Source: Thermococcus kodakarensis KOD1 (GTDB lineage: Archaea; Methanobacteriota_B; Thermococci; Thermococcales; Thermococcaceae). From it: DNA of 32,000 nucleotides. Positions 16,548 through 23,631 of this stretch are shown here, piece after piece. The stretch covers positions 270,001 through 302,000 of the forward strand of contig NC_006624.1 of the NCBI RefSeq assembly GCF_000009965.1, read 5' to 3'. The notes beneath the pieces are model-generated. The model made no database searches, had not been told where the DNA came from, and worked only from the letters and a program-made list of their open reading frames with translations. Made by a program: the position numbers and the translations under genes. Within the stretch, counting starts at the first letter, position 1. Each line of letters opens with the position of its first letter.

Positions 16548-17084
16548 ATGGACGATGAAAAGGAAGGGAGGAAAAAAGCGGTCATAGACTCTGCCTTCTT
16601 CATCCAGGGGGCTGATGTGGAAGGTTTAACCACCCCTGGTGTCGTTGAGGAAGTCAAAGACCCAGAGTCTAGGCTCTTTCTTGAGGGGCTCATCAGCGCG
16701 GGCAAGGTTAAGGTGGTTCTTCCGTCGAGGGAGAGCATAGAAGCCGTTAGGGAAGCGGCAAAGAAGACGGGCGAGCTCGGAGAGCTGAGCGAGGCCGACA
16801 TTGAAGTCCTCGCGCTGGCCTACGAGGTTGATGGAGTTCTCCTCACCGACGACTACAACCTCCAGAACATCGCGAGAACGCTGAGAATCGAGTTCAGAAC
16901 CCTAAAGCGTGGGATAAAAAAGGTCATCCGCTGGAACTACGTCTGCATCGGCTGTGGGAAAAAGTTCGAGGAGATGCCGCCGGGAGAGGTATGCCCCGAC
17001 TGCGGAAGTCCCGTGAGGTTGATACCAAAGAGAAAGCGGAAGAGAAGACCTCAAAGGCGCAGGTATGGAAGAACTTCGTCGTAA
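16548..17084 (+). CDS. nob1: Nob1-like endonuclease (PIN domain plus C-terminal zinc ribbon)
   Basis: N-terminal PIN domain (VIDSAFFI...TPGVVEEV...[12 protein letters not shown]...[12 protein letters not shown]) followed by CIGCG...CPDCG and a basic tail. This is the archaeal Nob1 architecture. Confidence 0.8.
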   Translation: MDDEKEGRKKAVIDSAFFIQGADVEGLTTPGVVEEVKDPESRLFLEGLISAGKVKVVLPSRESIEAVREAAKKTGELGELSEADIEVLALAYEVDGVLLTDDYNLQNIARTLRIEFRTLKRGIKKVIRWNYVCIGCGKKFEEMPPGEVCPDCGSPVRLIPKRKRKRRPQRRRYGRTSS

Positions 17085-17584
17085 ACCTCGCTCCAGTCCA
17101 CGATGCCAACCCTTCTCTTAACGCCCCTTCGTATGAGGTTCAGTATCTCCTCGACGACTTCCTCTGGCGTTTTTCCTGTTGTGTCCACCTCAATCACGTT
17201 CTCGTTCTCCTCAAGCGCCTCGACGAGGATTACATCCACCAGCTCGGCCTCGACGTTCTCCCCAAGCTTCTCCCTGCCGTAGCCCCTCTCCTTCAGCCTT
17301 TCCGCTATCAGCTTCGGGTTCGCCCTGAGGACTATCACAAGGTCAGCCTTGAGGAAGTGGCTCAGGTGTCCATCCGCGACGACGTTTTTGCCCTTGAAGT
17401 CCCTTCCAAAGGCCTCCCTAAGTTCATCAACGTCGATTTCAAGCTCATTCTCTTTCATCTCGCCTATACCCTTCTCAAGGGCGTAGTCTCTCAGGTTGAC
17501 GTACTCGTAGCCTAGTTTCTCAGCCAAGAGCTTTGATATAGTCGTTTTTCCAACACCTGGTGTTCCGGTTACCGCTATTATCAT
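17051..17584 (-). CDS. Fap7/AK6-type adenylate kinase (small-subunit maturation factor)
   Basis: [31 protein letters not shown]. The ATG at 17584 is preceded by GGGGGTG. The longer ORF to 17650 has no support. The 3' end overlaps nob1 by 34 bp (convergent genes). Confidence 0.8.
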   Translation of the reverse strand: MIIAVTGTPGVGKTTISKLLAEKLGYEYVNLRDYALEKGIGEMKENELEIDVDELREAFGRDFKGKNVVADGHLSHFLKADLVIVLRANPKLIAERLKERGYGREKLGENVEAELVDVILVEALEENENVIEVDTTGKTPEEVVEEILNLIRRGVKRRVGIVDWSEVYDEVLPYLRL

Positions 17585-17699
17585 TATCACACCCCCATAT
17601 GAATTTAAAATCACGCCCCGGACGGGCTCGGCGCTCATAGGGTACGTCATCGCCCCTGCTCAGCCCGTCTTGGATTCTTCACTGCCCGCCCGGGACGGC

Positions 17700-17751
17700 G
17701 TCAGGGCCAGTCCTCGTCATCACAAACGCTCGGTGCAATTCGCTGTCATCA
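17700..17751 (-). ncRNA. Candidate C/D box sRNA (canonical archaeal architecture)
   Basis: The minus strand reads AUGAUGA-CAGCGAAUUGCA-CCGA-GCGUUU-GUGAUGA-CGAGGACUGGCC-CUGA. That is C box, 12 nt, D' (1 mismatch), 6-nt loop, C' box, 12 nt, D box. It lies in the 178-bp gap between the 17763 gene stop and the fap7 start. Confidence 0.6.
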
Positions 17752-17762
17752 TCCGCAGGTTT

Positions 17763-18158
17763 TCATCTCATATAATAGGATATAAGCTTTCTCAGCTCCA
17801 GGTCTCGCCTCAGTGGAAGCTTCAAAAAACGCCTTAGCTGGTTGTTCTCGGCCATCAAGCCGGTGAGTTCAATGGCGAGGATTTTGTTGTCCTCGCTCAG
17901 TCCGTAGGCCTTGAAACGAAGCGGTGCATACTCCTTCTCCAGCTCCCAGACTTTTTCTTCGAGTTCCTTAACCTTTCCCTCAAGCTCTTCAAGGTCTCCC
18001 CTCGGCTTCCTGAACTCGCTGGTGAGGGTAATCTCGATAATCTTCTCTGGAGGGACTCCGTAGCGCTCGCTAAGTTGCTCTATCTCTCTCCAAACCTCTT
18101 CAGAAAGCTCGACCTCTATCTTTCCTAGGCCTTTTTCGGGTTTGATTATGAGCTTCAT
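17763..18158 (-). CDS. RHH-like N-terminus plus coiled-coil protein (third gene of the MNT/HEPN operon)
   Basis: 131-aa ORF overlapping the HEPN stop by 4 nt. KIEVELSEEVWREIEQLSERYGVPPEKIIEITL has a strand-helix-helix (CopG-like) pattern. It is followed by a heptad-rich segment (LEELEGKVKELEEKVWELEKE). Confidence 0.55.
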   Translation of the reverse strand: MKLIIKPEKGLGKIEVELSEEVWREIEQLSERYGVPPEKIIEITLTSEFRKPRGDLEELEGKVKELEEKVWELEKEYAPLRFKAYGLSEDNKILAIELTGLMAENNQLRRFLKLPLRRDLELRKLISYYMR

Positions 18159-18613
18159 TGTTCCTCACCAATGAGAGACTTTATGACTTCAATAAACTTC
18201 TCAGCGACTTTCAGGGCATCTTTAACTTCATCGGGCTCGGGAGTGTACGAGACGTCGTATTGATCTTCATGCCTGAGTTCTCTCATCCTGTCGAGGAGCT
18301 CTACCCAGTACCCCTCAAGCTTTCCAGTTTTAACGTAGAACTCCTCAAGGTACCTTGCGACGCAGTAGTGGCTTTTCTCCCGCCACCCGTCGCGGAAAAG
18401 CACTGCTCTGGCAGCATGAAACATCGCGAGGTAGGAGGCCATTAGGGAAGTCCTGTATGAGCCGAACTCTCTGTTCCTCTTGGCCTCTTCCAGCCACTCT
18501 TCGGCCCTCTTAATGCTCAGCAACGCTTTCTCTCTGGAAGGCGGAACTCTTCTCAGCAGACCCCGCTCTAAGCAAAGACTGAATCCTGTCAAGTCTCTCA
18601 CCCCATATAACAA
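18155..18613 (-). CDS. HEPN-domain protein
   Basis: LLRRVPPSREKALLSIKRAEEWLEEAKRN...SYLAMFHAARAVLFRDGWREKSH is typical of HEPN proteins that partner nucleotidyltransferases. The start is uncertain: the ORF begins at a TTG and overlaps the upstream gene by about 100 nt. GTG 18601 or TTG 18592 are alternatives. Confidence 0.7.
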   Translation of the reverse strand: MLYGVRDLTGFSLCLERGLLRRVPPSREKALLSIKRAEEWLEEAKRNREFGSYRTSLMASYLAMFHAARAVLFRDGWREKSHYCVARYLEEFYVKTGKLEGYWVELLDRMRELRHEDQYDVSYTPEPDEVKDALKVAEKFIEVIKSLIGEEQ

Positions 18614-19118
18614 TCGAGCCGTAGACGAGGGAATAGTAAAAGATAGGGTCTTCTTTTTGGAGCCTTGATAGCCTCGACGGCGTTAAAACTATCAGATCAA
18701 CTTCTCTGTCCGTCAGCTCGGAGATTTTTCTCTTTAGCCTCGCGGACTTTAATAGTTCCTCCTTCCTAGCGAACACCCAAACGTCAATATCACTGTCTTC
18801 CCTGTTCTCTCCGGAGGCAAAGCTTCCGTAAACACCAAGACCGAGCATCCAGTCTTCTTTGAGTCCTTTGAGCCTTTCCGAAAGCACAATGAAGTTCAGA
18901 AACCTCTTAAGCTCCCGAGTTTTAGGAGTGTCAAGGATGTGGAACTTTCTCCCTTTTTTCGCGGCGATCCCGTGCTTTACGAGAAGGTGAAGGGTCTTTG
19001 AGACCAGACCCTTGCTGACGTCGAGTTTTCTCGCGACTTCTTCTACCCCCACCGTACTCTTCGGCAGAACTTCTTCGAGGATCCTCACACGTTCGGGTGT
19101 TGAGAGCAGCTCGTGCAT
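18510..19118 (-). CDS. Winged-helix DNA-binding domain fused to a minimal nucleotidyltransferase (MNT) domain
   Basis: N-terminal wHTH (VEEVARKLDVSKGLVSKTLHLLVKHGI), then the MNT signature GVYGSFASGENREDSDIDVWV (GS...DxD). Confidence 0.8.
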   Translation of the reverse strand: MHELLSTPERVRILEEVLPKSTVGVEEVARKLDVSKGLVSKTLHLLVKHGIAAKKGRKFHILDTPKTRELKRFLNFIVLSERLKGLKEDWMLGLGVYGSFASGENREDSDIDVWVFARKEELLKSARLKRKISELTDREVDLIVLTPSRLSRLQKEDPIFYYSLVYGSIVIWGERLDRIQSLLRAGSAEKSSAFQRESVAEH

Positions 19119-19131
19119 GATAGTGCCTCTC

Positions 19132-19192
19132 GTTCATGATTTATGAACTTTTCGTTCACGCTCCATGAACGATTCGTTCACGTTTTGTGAAC
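19132..19192. promoter_or_regulatory. Array of three phased palindromic operators, GTTCAY-N5-RTGAAC
   Basis: GTTCATgatttATGAAC (19132-19148), GTTCACgctccATGAAC (19154-19170) and GTTCACgttttGTGAAC (19176-19192). Their start positions are exactly 22 bp apart. The first overlaps a TATA-like CATAAATC about 25 nt upstream of the ATG at 19118 (minus strand). Confidence 0.7.
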
Positions 19193-19498
19193 TTTCTTTT
19201 CCTCCAGCTCCCTTCTCAGCCTCTCGTTCTCCTCTCTAAGCTCGTTTCTCACGGTCAGGAACTTCTCCTTATCTGCTTTTGCCTTTTCGTAGAACTCTCT
19301 CAGTTCATCCAGCTGGCCCTCTATCTCGGACAGCTTCTCTTCGAGCTTTTTGATCTTCTCACGCAGATGCTCTTCCCTCTCCGCCTTGAGAGTTTCCTCG
19401 GCCTTCGGGAGGTTTTCTCTGATAAGTTCCTCTATATCTCGCCCTTTTAGGGCTTTGAACTTTCCTTTCGGAAGGGAGATCACTATTTCTTCACTCAC
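19178..19498 (-). CDS. Coiled-coil protein (third gene of the PIN operon)
   Basis: 106-aa ORF overlapping the PIN stop by 4 nt. A short N-terminal strand-helix (EIVISLPKGKFKALKGRDIEELIRENL) is followed by a continuous charged heptad-rich helix. Confidence 0.55.
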   Translation of the reverse strand: MSEEIVISLPKGKFKALKGRDIEELIRENLPKAEETLKAEREEHLREKIKKLEEKLSEIEGQLDELREFYEKAKADKEKFLTVRNELREENERLRRELEEKKVHKT

Positions 19499-19953
19499 AG
19501 AAGCCCACGCTCCTCGAGATAAGAGAGAAATTCCTCGGGACTCACTATTTTGATCACACCCTTTCCCCTCTTTTTAAATTCTTCGTCTCTGGCAATCAGA
19601 ACGTCACAGTTGGAATTAACTGCCGAGGAAAGAGCAACGGCATCGTAAGGGTCAACCCCGAGCTCAAGCTGGTATGTAAGGGCGTCTAGCAATGCAGGAA
19701 TTTCAGGGATGTACACCTCAAGACCAAGGTCTTGAATATCGCTCTGGGCTATTTTTGGGTCTGCACCTTTCCTCCTAAAAACGTGCACCGACTCCATGAT
19801 TGTAAAGATGGAAACTATACCCTTAATGTTACCTTCCTCGACGAGTTTAAGAACCCGAAGTGAGGCCTTCCAGAGTGGTCTTGATGTTCTAGGATCGATT
19901 TCCTTGAACCACACATTGAGGAGAACGTTGGTGTCTATAAACGCTCTAATCAT
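19495..19953 (-). CDS. vapC: PIN-domain toxin (VapC-like)
   Basis: MIRAFIDTNVLLN N-terminus, then ESVHV, DPYDAVALSSA and LIARDEEF acidic positions. This is the PIN-domain pattern. Confidence 0.8.
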   Translation of the reverse strand: MIRAFIDTNVLLNVWFKEIDPRTSRPLWKASLRVLKLVEEGNIKGIVSIFTIMESVHVFRRKGADPKIAQSDIQDLGLEVYIPEIPALLDALTYQLELGVDPYDAVALSSAVNSNCDVLIARDEEFKKRGKGVIKIVSPEEFLSYLEERGLL

Positions 19954-20110
19954 AACCCTCCTCCCGCAGTCTTTTGAGTAAGGAAACGCTGTCTTCCCCC
20001 TTCAACAGACCCTCAAGACGGCCGAGCATCCTCTCAGCTGTTCCAGGAACGGATTTTCTCTTTCCCTTCATCCCGATTAGGGTGTTTAACGTCCGCATGT
20101 CAACAAGCAT
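19946..20110 (-). CDS. Small VapB-like antitoxin candidate (54 aa; too short for the ORF track)
   Basis: Hand translation of the minus strand gives MLVDMRTLNTLIGMKGKRKSVPGTAERMLGRLEGLLKGEDSVSLLKRLREEGYD. The ATG at 20110 is preceded by GGTGGTGGGAG. The TAG stop at 19946-19948 overlaps the PIN start by 8 nt. Confidence 0.5.
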   Translation of the reverse strand: MLVDMRTLNTLIGMKGKRKSVPGTAERMLGRLEGLLKGEDSVSLLKRLREEGYD

Positions 20111-20140
20111 TCTCCCACCACCAACGAGTAACTTTGAACA

Positions 20141-20983
20141 CTATTTAATCCTTCTCCTCTCCAGCTCGGTCTTCCTGTCGTAGCAGGTGATGTAAAAGGC
20201 CAGCAGACCCTTCCACTTCCCGTACGGCTCAAGGATTTCCCTGACGTCTTTCTCTTTAACCTCTTTCACGCTCTTCCCGAATATCTTAGCTATACCTCTC
20301 CTCAGTCCAAGATCTCCCGCTGGATAGGTATTTTTCCTCAGCCCATAGGCAAGGAAGAGCTCTGCAGTCCACTTCCCTATCCCGCGGAAGGCCGTAAGAT
20401 ACTTTATGGCCTCTTTCTCGTCCATCTCCCACAGGTCAAGCTTCAGCTCGCCCTTCAGGTAAAGCTCCGTAACGTGTTTTATATATTCTGCGCGGTAGCC
20501 GAGCTTCGCTCTTTTAAGCTCGTCAGGAGATAGAGAGGCTATTTTCTCGGCCGTAGGAAAGACGTATATGTTCCCAGCTTTTTCTCCGGCCATTTCTACG
20601 AGGTTTCTTATCGTCCTCTGAGCGAACTCGAAGTTAACCTGCTGTTGTGCTATCACCTCAACGAGGGCTTGATAGGGTGAGGGTGCGGCGGGAACGGTCA
20701 AGCCTTTGAACTCCTCCACAAGGAAAGAGAACGGCGAATCACTTATCTCTGAATAGAAAGAGTCGAGGTCAGTGTCGAGGCCGAGAATGAAGGAGAGCTT
20801 TTCCCTAGCCTCTTTTTTCTCCTTCCTTCCCCATGTCTCTGGAAAGAGGAAGTCCCCGTTGTAGGCCACAATTCCGACTACGCCGCTTTTCAGTCGGAGT
20901 GCCTGGTAGAAAGTATCCCCTTTGAGCTTCCAGGTGCCGTTCTTTACCATTTCGTGGGCGGTCTTTCTGATGTCGACAGCCAT
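20141..20983 (-). CDS. HhH-GPD superfamily DNA glycosylase (AlkA / 3-methyladenine glycosylase II-like)
   Basis: LTAFRGIGKWTAELFLAYGL....YPAGDLGLRRGI is the helix-hairpin-helix plus Gly/Pro...Asp signature. The start is uncertain: ATG 21034, 20983 or 20950. I give 20983. Confidence 0.75.
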   Translation of the reverse strand: MAVDIRKTAHEMVKNGTWKLKGDTFYQALRLKSGVVGIVAYNGDFLFPETWGRKEKKEAREKLSFILGLDTDLDSFYSEISDSPFSFLVEEFKGLTVPAAPSPYQALVEVIAQQQVNFEFAQRTIRNLVEMAGEKAGNIYVFPTAEKIASLSPDELKRAKLGYRAEYIKHVTELYLKGELKLDLWEMDEKEAIKYLTAFRGIGKWTAELFLAYGLRKNTYPAGDLGLRRGIAKIFGKSVKEVKEKDVREILEPYGKWKGLLAFYITCYDRKTELERRRIK

Positions 20984-21261
20984 CGGTCGAGCTTTACTGG
21001 GTTCCTCTTTATATCCCTTAGGGTCATTACCCACAGTCTCTTTCCGTCTGCGGAGCGCTTTATCTCGAGCTCTCCAATCTCTTCGAGGAACCTCATGGCA
21101 TCTTTGATGTGGCTGGGATTTACCCCGAATTCACCGCGAATGAATTCCCAGTATGGTTCCACCGTTGAGAAGCGTGCCGCCTCCCTTACGATTGTCCAGG
21201 CAACCTTTCTTTTCTTCTCTCCGCGGGCAACCTTGTACTTCTTCACGAGCTCTCCCAGCAT
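20944..21261 (-). CDS. Small winged-helix-like protein (hypothetical)
   Basis: 105-aa ORF. GVNPSHIKDAMRFLEEIGELEIKRSADGKRLWV resembles a recognition helix plus wing. Its 3' end overlaps the glycosylase start region. Confidence 0.45.
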   Translation of the reverse strand: MLGELVKKYKVARGEKKRKVAWTIVREAARFSTVEPYWEFIRGEFGVNPSHIKDAMRFLEEIGELEIKRSADGKRLWVMTLRDIKRNPVKLDRWLSTSERPPTKW

Positions 21262-21322
21262 GGGCTAGGATACCACCAAGTTATATATAGACATTTCCCG
21301 TCCCTTAACCAACGTCCGAGCA

Positions 21323-21334
21323 AAAGGTTTAAAC
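21323..21334 (+). promoter_or_regulatory. BRE/TATA element AAAGGTTTAAAC for the nfeD-stomatin operon
   Basis: It lies about 25 nt upstream of the TTG/ATG at 21355-21360. The same AAAGGTTTAAA motif occurs at 10601-10611. Confidence 0.5.
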
Positions 21335-21354
21335 CATGAAAGTTGTAGCACTAA

Positions 21355-22701
21355 TTGATGAAGCCTATGAAGCGACCGATGGTCTTGACAATACTCCTAG
21401 TTGTTCTCATCCTTCTCCCTTCGGTAAGCGCGGAGAAGAGAGTCGTCTACGTTGGAACTATCGAGGGCACTATCACTCAGTATACGGTCGACCAGTTTGA
21501 GAGCTATATCCGGACTGCAGAAAAGAACAGCGCGGAAGCGCTTATCATCGAACTGAACACGCCCGGCGGTCAGGGAGACGCGATGATGGAGATAGTTTCA
21601 TTAATTCAGAACTCCACTGTACCGGTTATAATCTATGTATATCCAAGAGGCGCCATAGCGGCTTCTGCTGGTACCTACATAGCGATGGCCTCCCACCTGA
21701 TAGCTATGGCTCCCGGAACTAGCATCGGCGCCTGTGAGCCGATCTTGGGCTATTCCGCCAACGGGAGCATAGTAAGAGCACCCGACAAGATTCGAAACTT
21801 CTACGCCGCCTACATGCGCTCCCTGGCTGAGGCGAGCGGAAGAAACGAGACGGCGGCCGTTAAGTTTGTCCTCGAAGACCTCAGCCTCACCCCAGAAGAG
21901 GCCCTGAAGGCCAACGTTATTGAGGTCATCGCGAATGACCTTCCAGATCTGCTCAAAAAGGCCAACGGGATGAGGACGAAAGTTCCTGTGGCTGGAAAGG
22001 GTTACGTTACGTTCAACTTTACCAATGTGGAGGTGAAAAGGCTCAGTCCATCCCTGAGCTACCAGATAGTAACGTTCCTTGCAAATCCGGGGATAGCGTA
22101 CATTCTCTTAACTGTTGGGATGCTCGGGCTGGTCTTCGGTTTCCTCACCCCAGGCTGGCACGTTCCGGAGACTCTGGGAGCTATACTGCTCGTCCTTGGG
22201 GTTATAGGCATGGGCTACTTCGGCTACGACGCTGCTGGGCTCGTGCTCATGATACTTGGCGTGATATTCTTCATAGCGGAGGCTCTGACCCCGACGTTCG
22301 GCCTCTTCACGATAGCCGGACTGGTCAGCTTCATACTGGGAGGTCTGATAATGTTCGGAAAGGGTGGGGAGGTATACCTCGTTAACAGCGAAACTTTCTC
22401 TACCTTGAGAGTCATCATAATAGTAACAGGAGTCCTGCTGGCACTGTTCTTCCTCTTCGGGATGGCCGCTGTGATACGGGCGCACCGCAGAAGGCCAGAA
22501 ACTGGTAAAGAGGAGATGATCGGTGCCGTTGGTAAAGTTGTTGAAGACCTTGATCCCGAGGGCCTCATAAAAGTCCGCGGAGAGCTCTGGAAAGCCGTCT
22601 CCAAAGACGGAAGTCTGATTAAGGTCGGAGAAAAAGTAAGGGTAGTTGGAATGGACGGGCTGACGCTCATAGTTGAAAAAGTCGATGAAAAGGAGGTATG
22701 A
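21355..22701 (+). CDS. NfeD-family membrane-bound serine protease (ClpP-class; stomatin operon partner)
   Basis: Signal/TM N-terminus, a ClpP-like domain (LNTPGGQGDAM...AASAGTYIAMA), a multi-TM middle region and a C-terminal OB-like NfeD domain (GELWKAVS...GEKVRVVGMDGLTLIVE). Confidence 0.85.
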   Translation: MMKPMKRPMVLTILLVVLILLPSVSAEKRVVYVGTIEGTITQYTVDQFESYIRTAEKNSAEALIIELNTPGGQGDAMMEIVSLIQNSTVPVIIYVYPRGAIAASAGTYIAMASHLIAMAPGTSIGACEPILGYSANGSIVRAPDKIRNFYAAYMRSLAEASGRNETAAVKFVLEDLSLTPEEALKANVIEVIANDLPDLLKKANGMRTKVPVAGKGYVTFNFTNVEVKRLSPSLSYQIVTFLANPGIAYILLTVGMLGLVFGFLTPGWHVPETLGAILLVLGVIGMGYFGYDAAGLVLMILGVIFFIAEALTPTFGLFTIAGLVSFILGGLIMFGKGGEVYLVNSETFSTLRVIIIVTGVLLALFFLFGMAAVIRAHRRRPETGKEEMIGAVGKVVEDLDPEGLIKVRGELWKAVSKDGSLIKVGEKVRVVGMDGLTLIVEKVDEKEV

Positions 22702-22707
22702 TATCCG

Positions 22708-23514
22708 ATGGCAGGTTTTGGCACCTTAGTCTTGGGAATCGTTTTGCTTTTTGTTTTGATTCTGCTGGCAAGTGCCATAAAGATAGTGAAGGAGTACGAA
22801 AGGGCAGTGATCTTCAGGCTTGGTAGGGTCGTTGGAGCTAGAGGTCCCGGACTGTTCTTCATAATCCCGATATTCGAAAAGGCCGTTATCGTTGACCTCC
22901 GTACGAGGGTTCTTGACGTTCCAGTTCAGGAGACCATAACGAAGGACAACGTTCCAGTTAAGGTCAACGCCGTTGTTTACTTCCGCGTCGTTGACCCTGT
23001 AAAGGCTGTTACTCAGGTCGCCAACTACATAGTGGCCACGAGCCAGATAGCCCAGACCACGCTGAGGAGCGTCATCGGTCAGGCTCATCTCGACGAGCTC
23101 TTGAGCGAGAGGGAGAAGCTCAACAGGGAGCTCCAGAAGATAATTGACGAAGCAACAGACCCATGGGGAATAAAGGTCACTACCGTCGAGATAAAGGACG
23201 TCGAACTCCCAGCTGGTATGCAGAGGGCGATGGCCAAGCAGGCAGAGGCCGAGCGTGAGAGAAGGGCTAGGATTACCCTGGCGGAGGCGGAGAGGCAGGC
23301 TGCTGAGAAGCTCAGGGAGGCCGCGGAGATCATAAGCGAGCACCCGATGGCGCTCCAGCTCAGAACCCTTCAGACCATAAGCGACGTCGCCAGCGACAAG
23401 AGCAACGTCATCGTCCTCCCGCTCCCGATGGAGATGCTCAAGCTTTTCAAGAGCTTCGCTGAAGCGGGTCAAGCAGTAAAGAAGAAACTTGAAGCAGAGG
23501 AACAATCAGAATGA
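22708..23514 (+). CDS. Stomatin/prohibitin-homology (SPFH) domain protein
   Basis: N-terminal TM, then [14 protein letters not shown]...[20 protein letters not shown]...VEIKDVELP and a coiled-coil tail. It sits next to nfeD, as in the well-studied Pyrococcus pair. Confidence 0.9.
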   Translation: MAGFGTLVLGIVLLFVLILLASAIKIVKEYERAVIFRLGRVVGARGPGLFFIIPIFEKAVIVDLRTRVLDVPVQETITKDNVPVKVNAVVYFRVVDPVKAVTQVANYIVATSQIAQTTLRSVIGQAHLDELLSEREKLNRELQKIIDEATDPWGIKVTTVEIKDVELPAGMQRAMAKQAEAERERRARITLAEAERQAAEKLREAAEIISEHPMALQLRTLQTISDVASDKSNVIVLPLPMEMLKLFKSFAEAGQAVKKKLEAEEQSE

Positions 23515-23518
23515 TTAG

Positions 23519-23547
23519 ATGTGTCCTTGGACACATTTTATTTTTTT
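23519..23547 (+). terminator. Hairpin plus oligo-T terminator after the stomatin gene
   Basis: ATGTGTCC-TT-GGACACAT is a perfect 8-bp inverted repeat. It is followed directly by TTTATTTTTTT. Confidence 0.6.
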
Positions 23548-23631
23548 GGATATCACCACAAAGGCTAAAAAGACTTTTATGTAGGTTCCGATAGGCATAA
23601 TCAAATTCAGATGCCATAGTTTTGATCGGGG

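Noticed and set aside
15784-16587. Long antisense or overlapping ORFs in the track. Examples are 1309..1875(-), 15784..16587(+), 22224..22862(-), 22726..23505(-), 23607..24395(-), 25386..25913(-), 27122..27715(+), 11424..11855(-) and 6159..6563(+).
   Set aside because: Each lies opposite to, or out of frame within, a gene with clear family motifs. Their translations are low-complexity (Ser/Pro/Arg/Leu-rich), as expected for shadow ORFs in G+C-rich coding DNA.
17620-17680. A possible second sRNA downstream of the 17700-17751 candidate: GUGAAGA-12 nt-CUGA, followed by GCGAUGA and an 8-bp inverted repeat.
   Set aside because: No D box follows the second C'-like box at an acceptable distance, so a complete second C/D unit cannot be built. 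It may be a processing or structural element, or chance.
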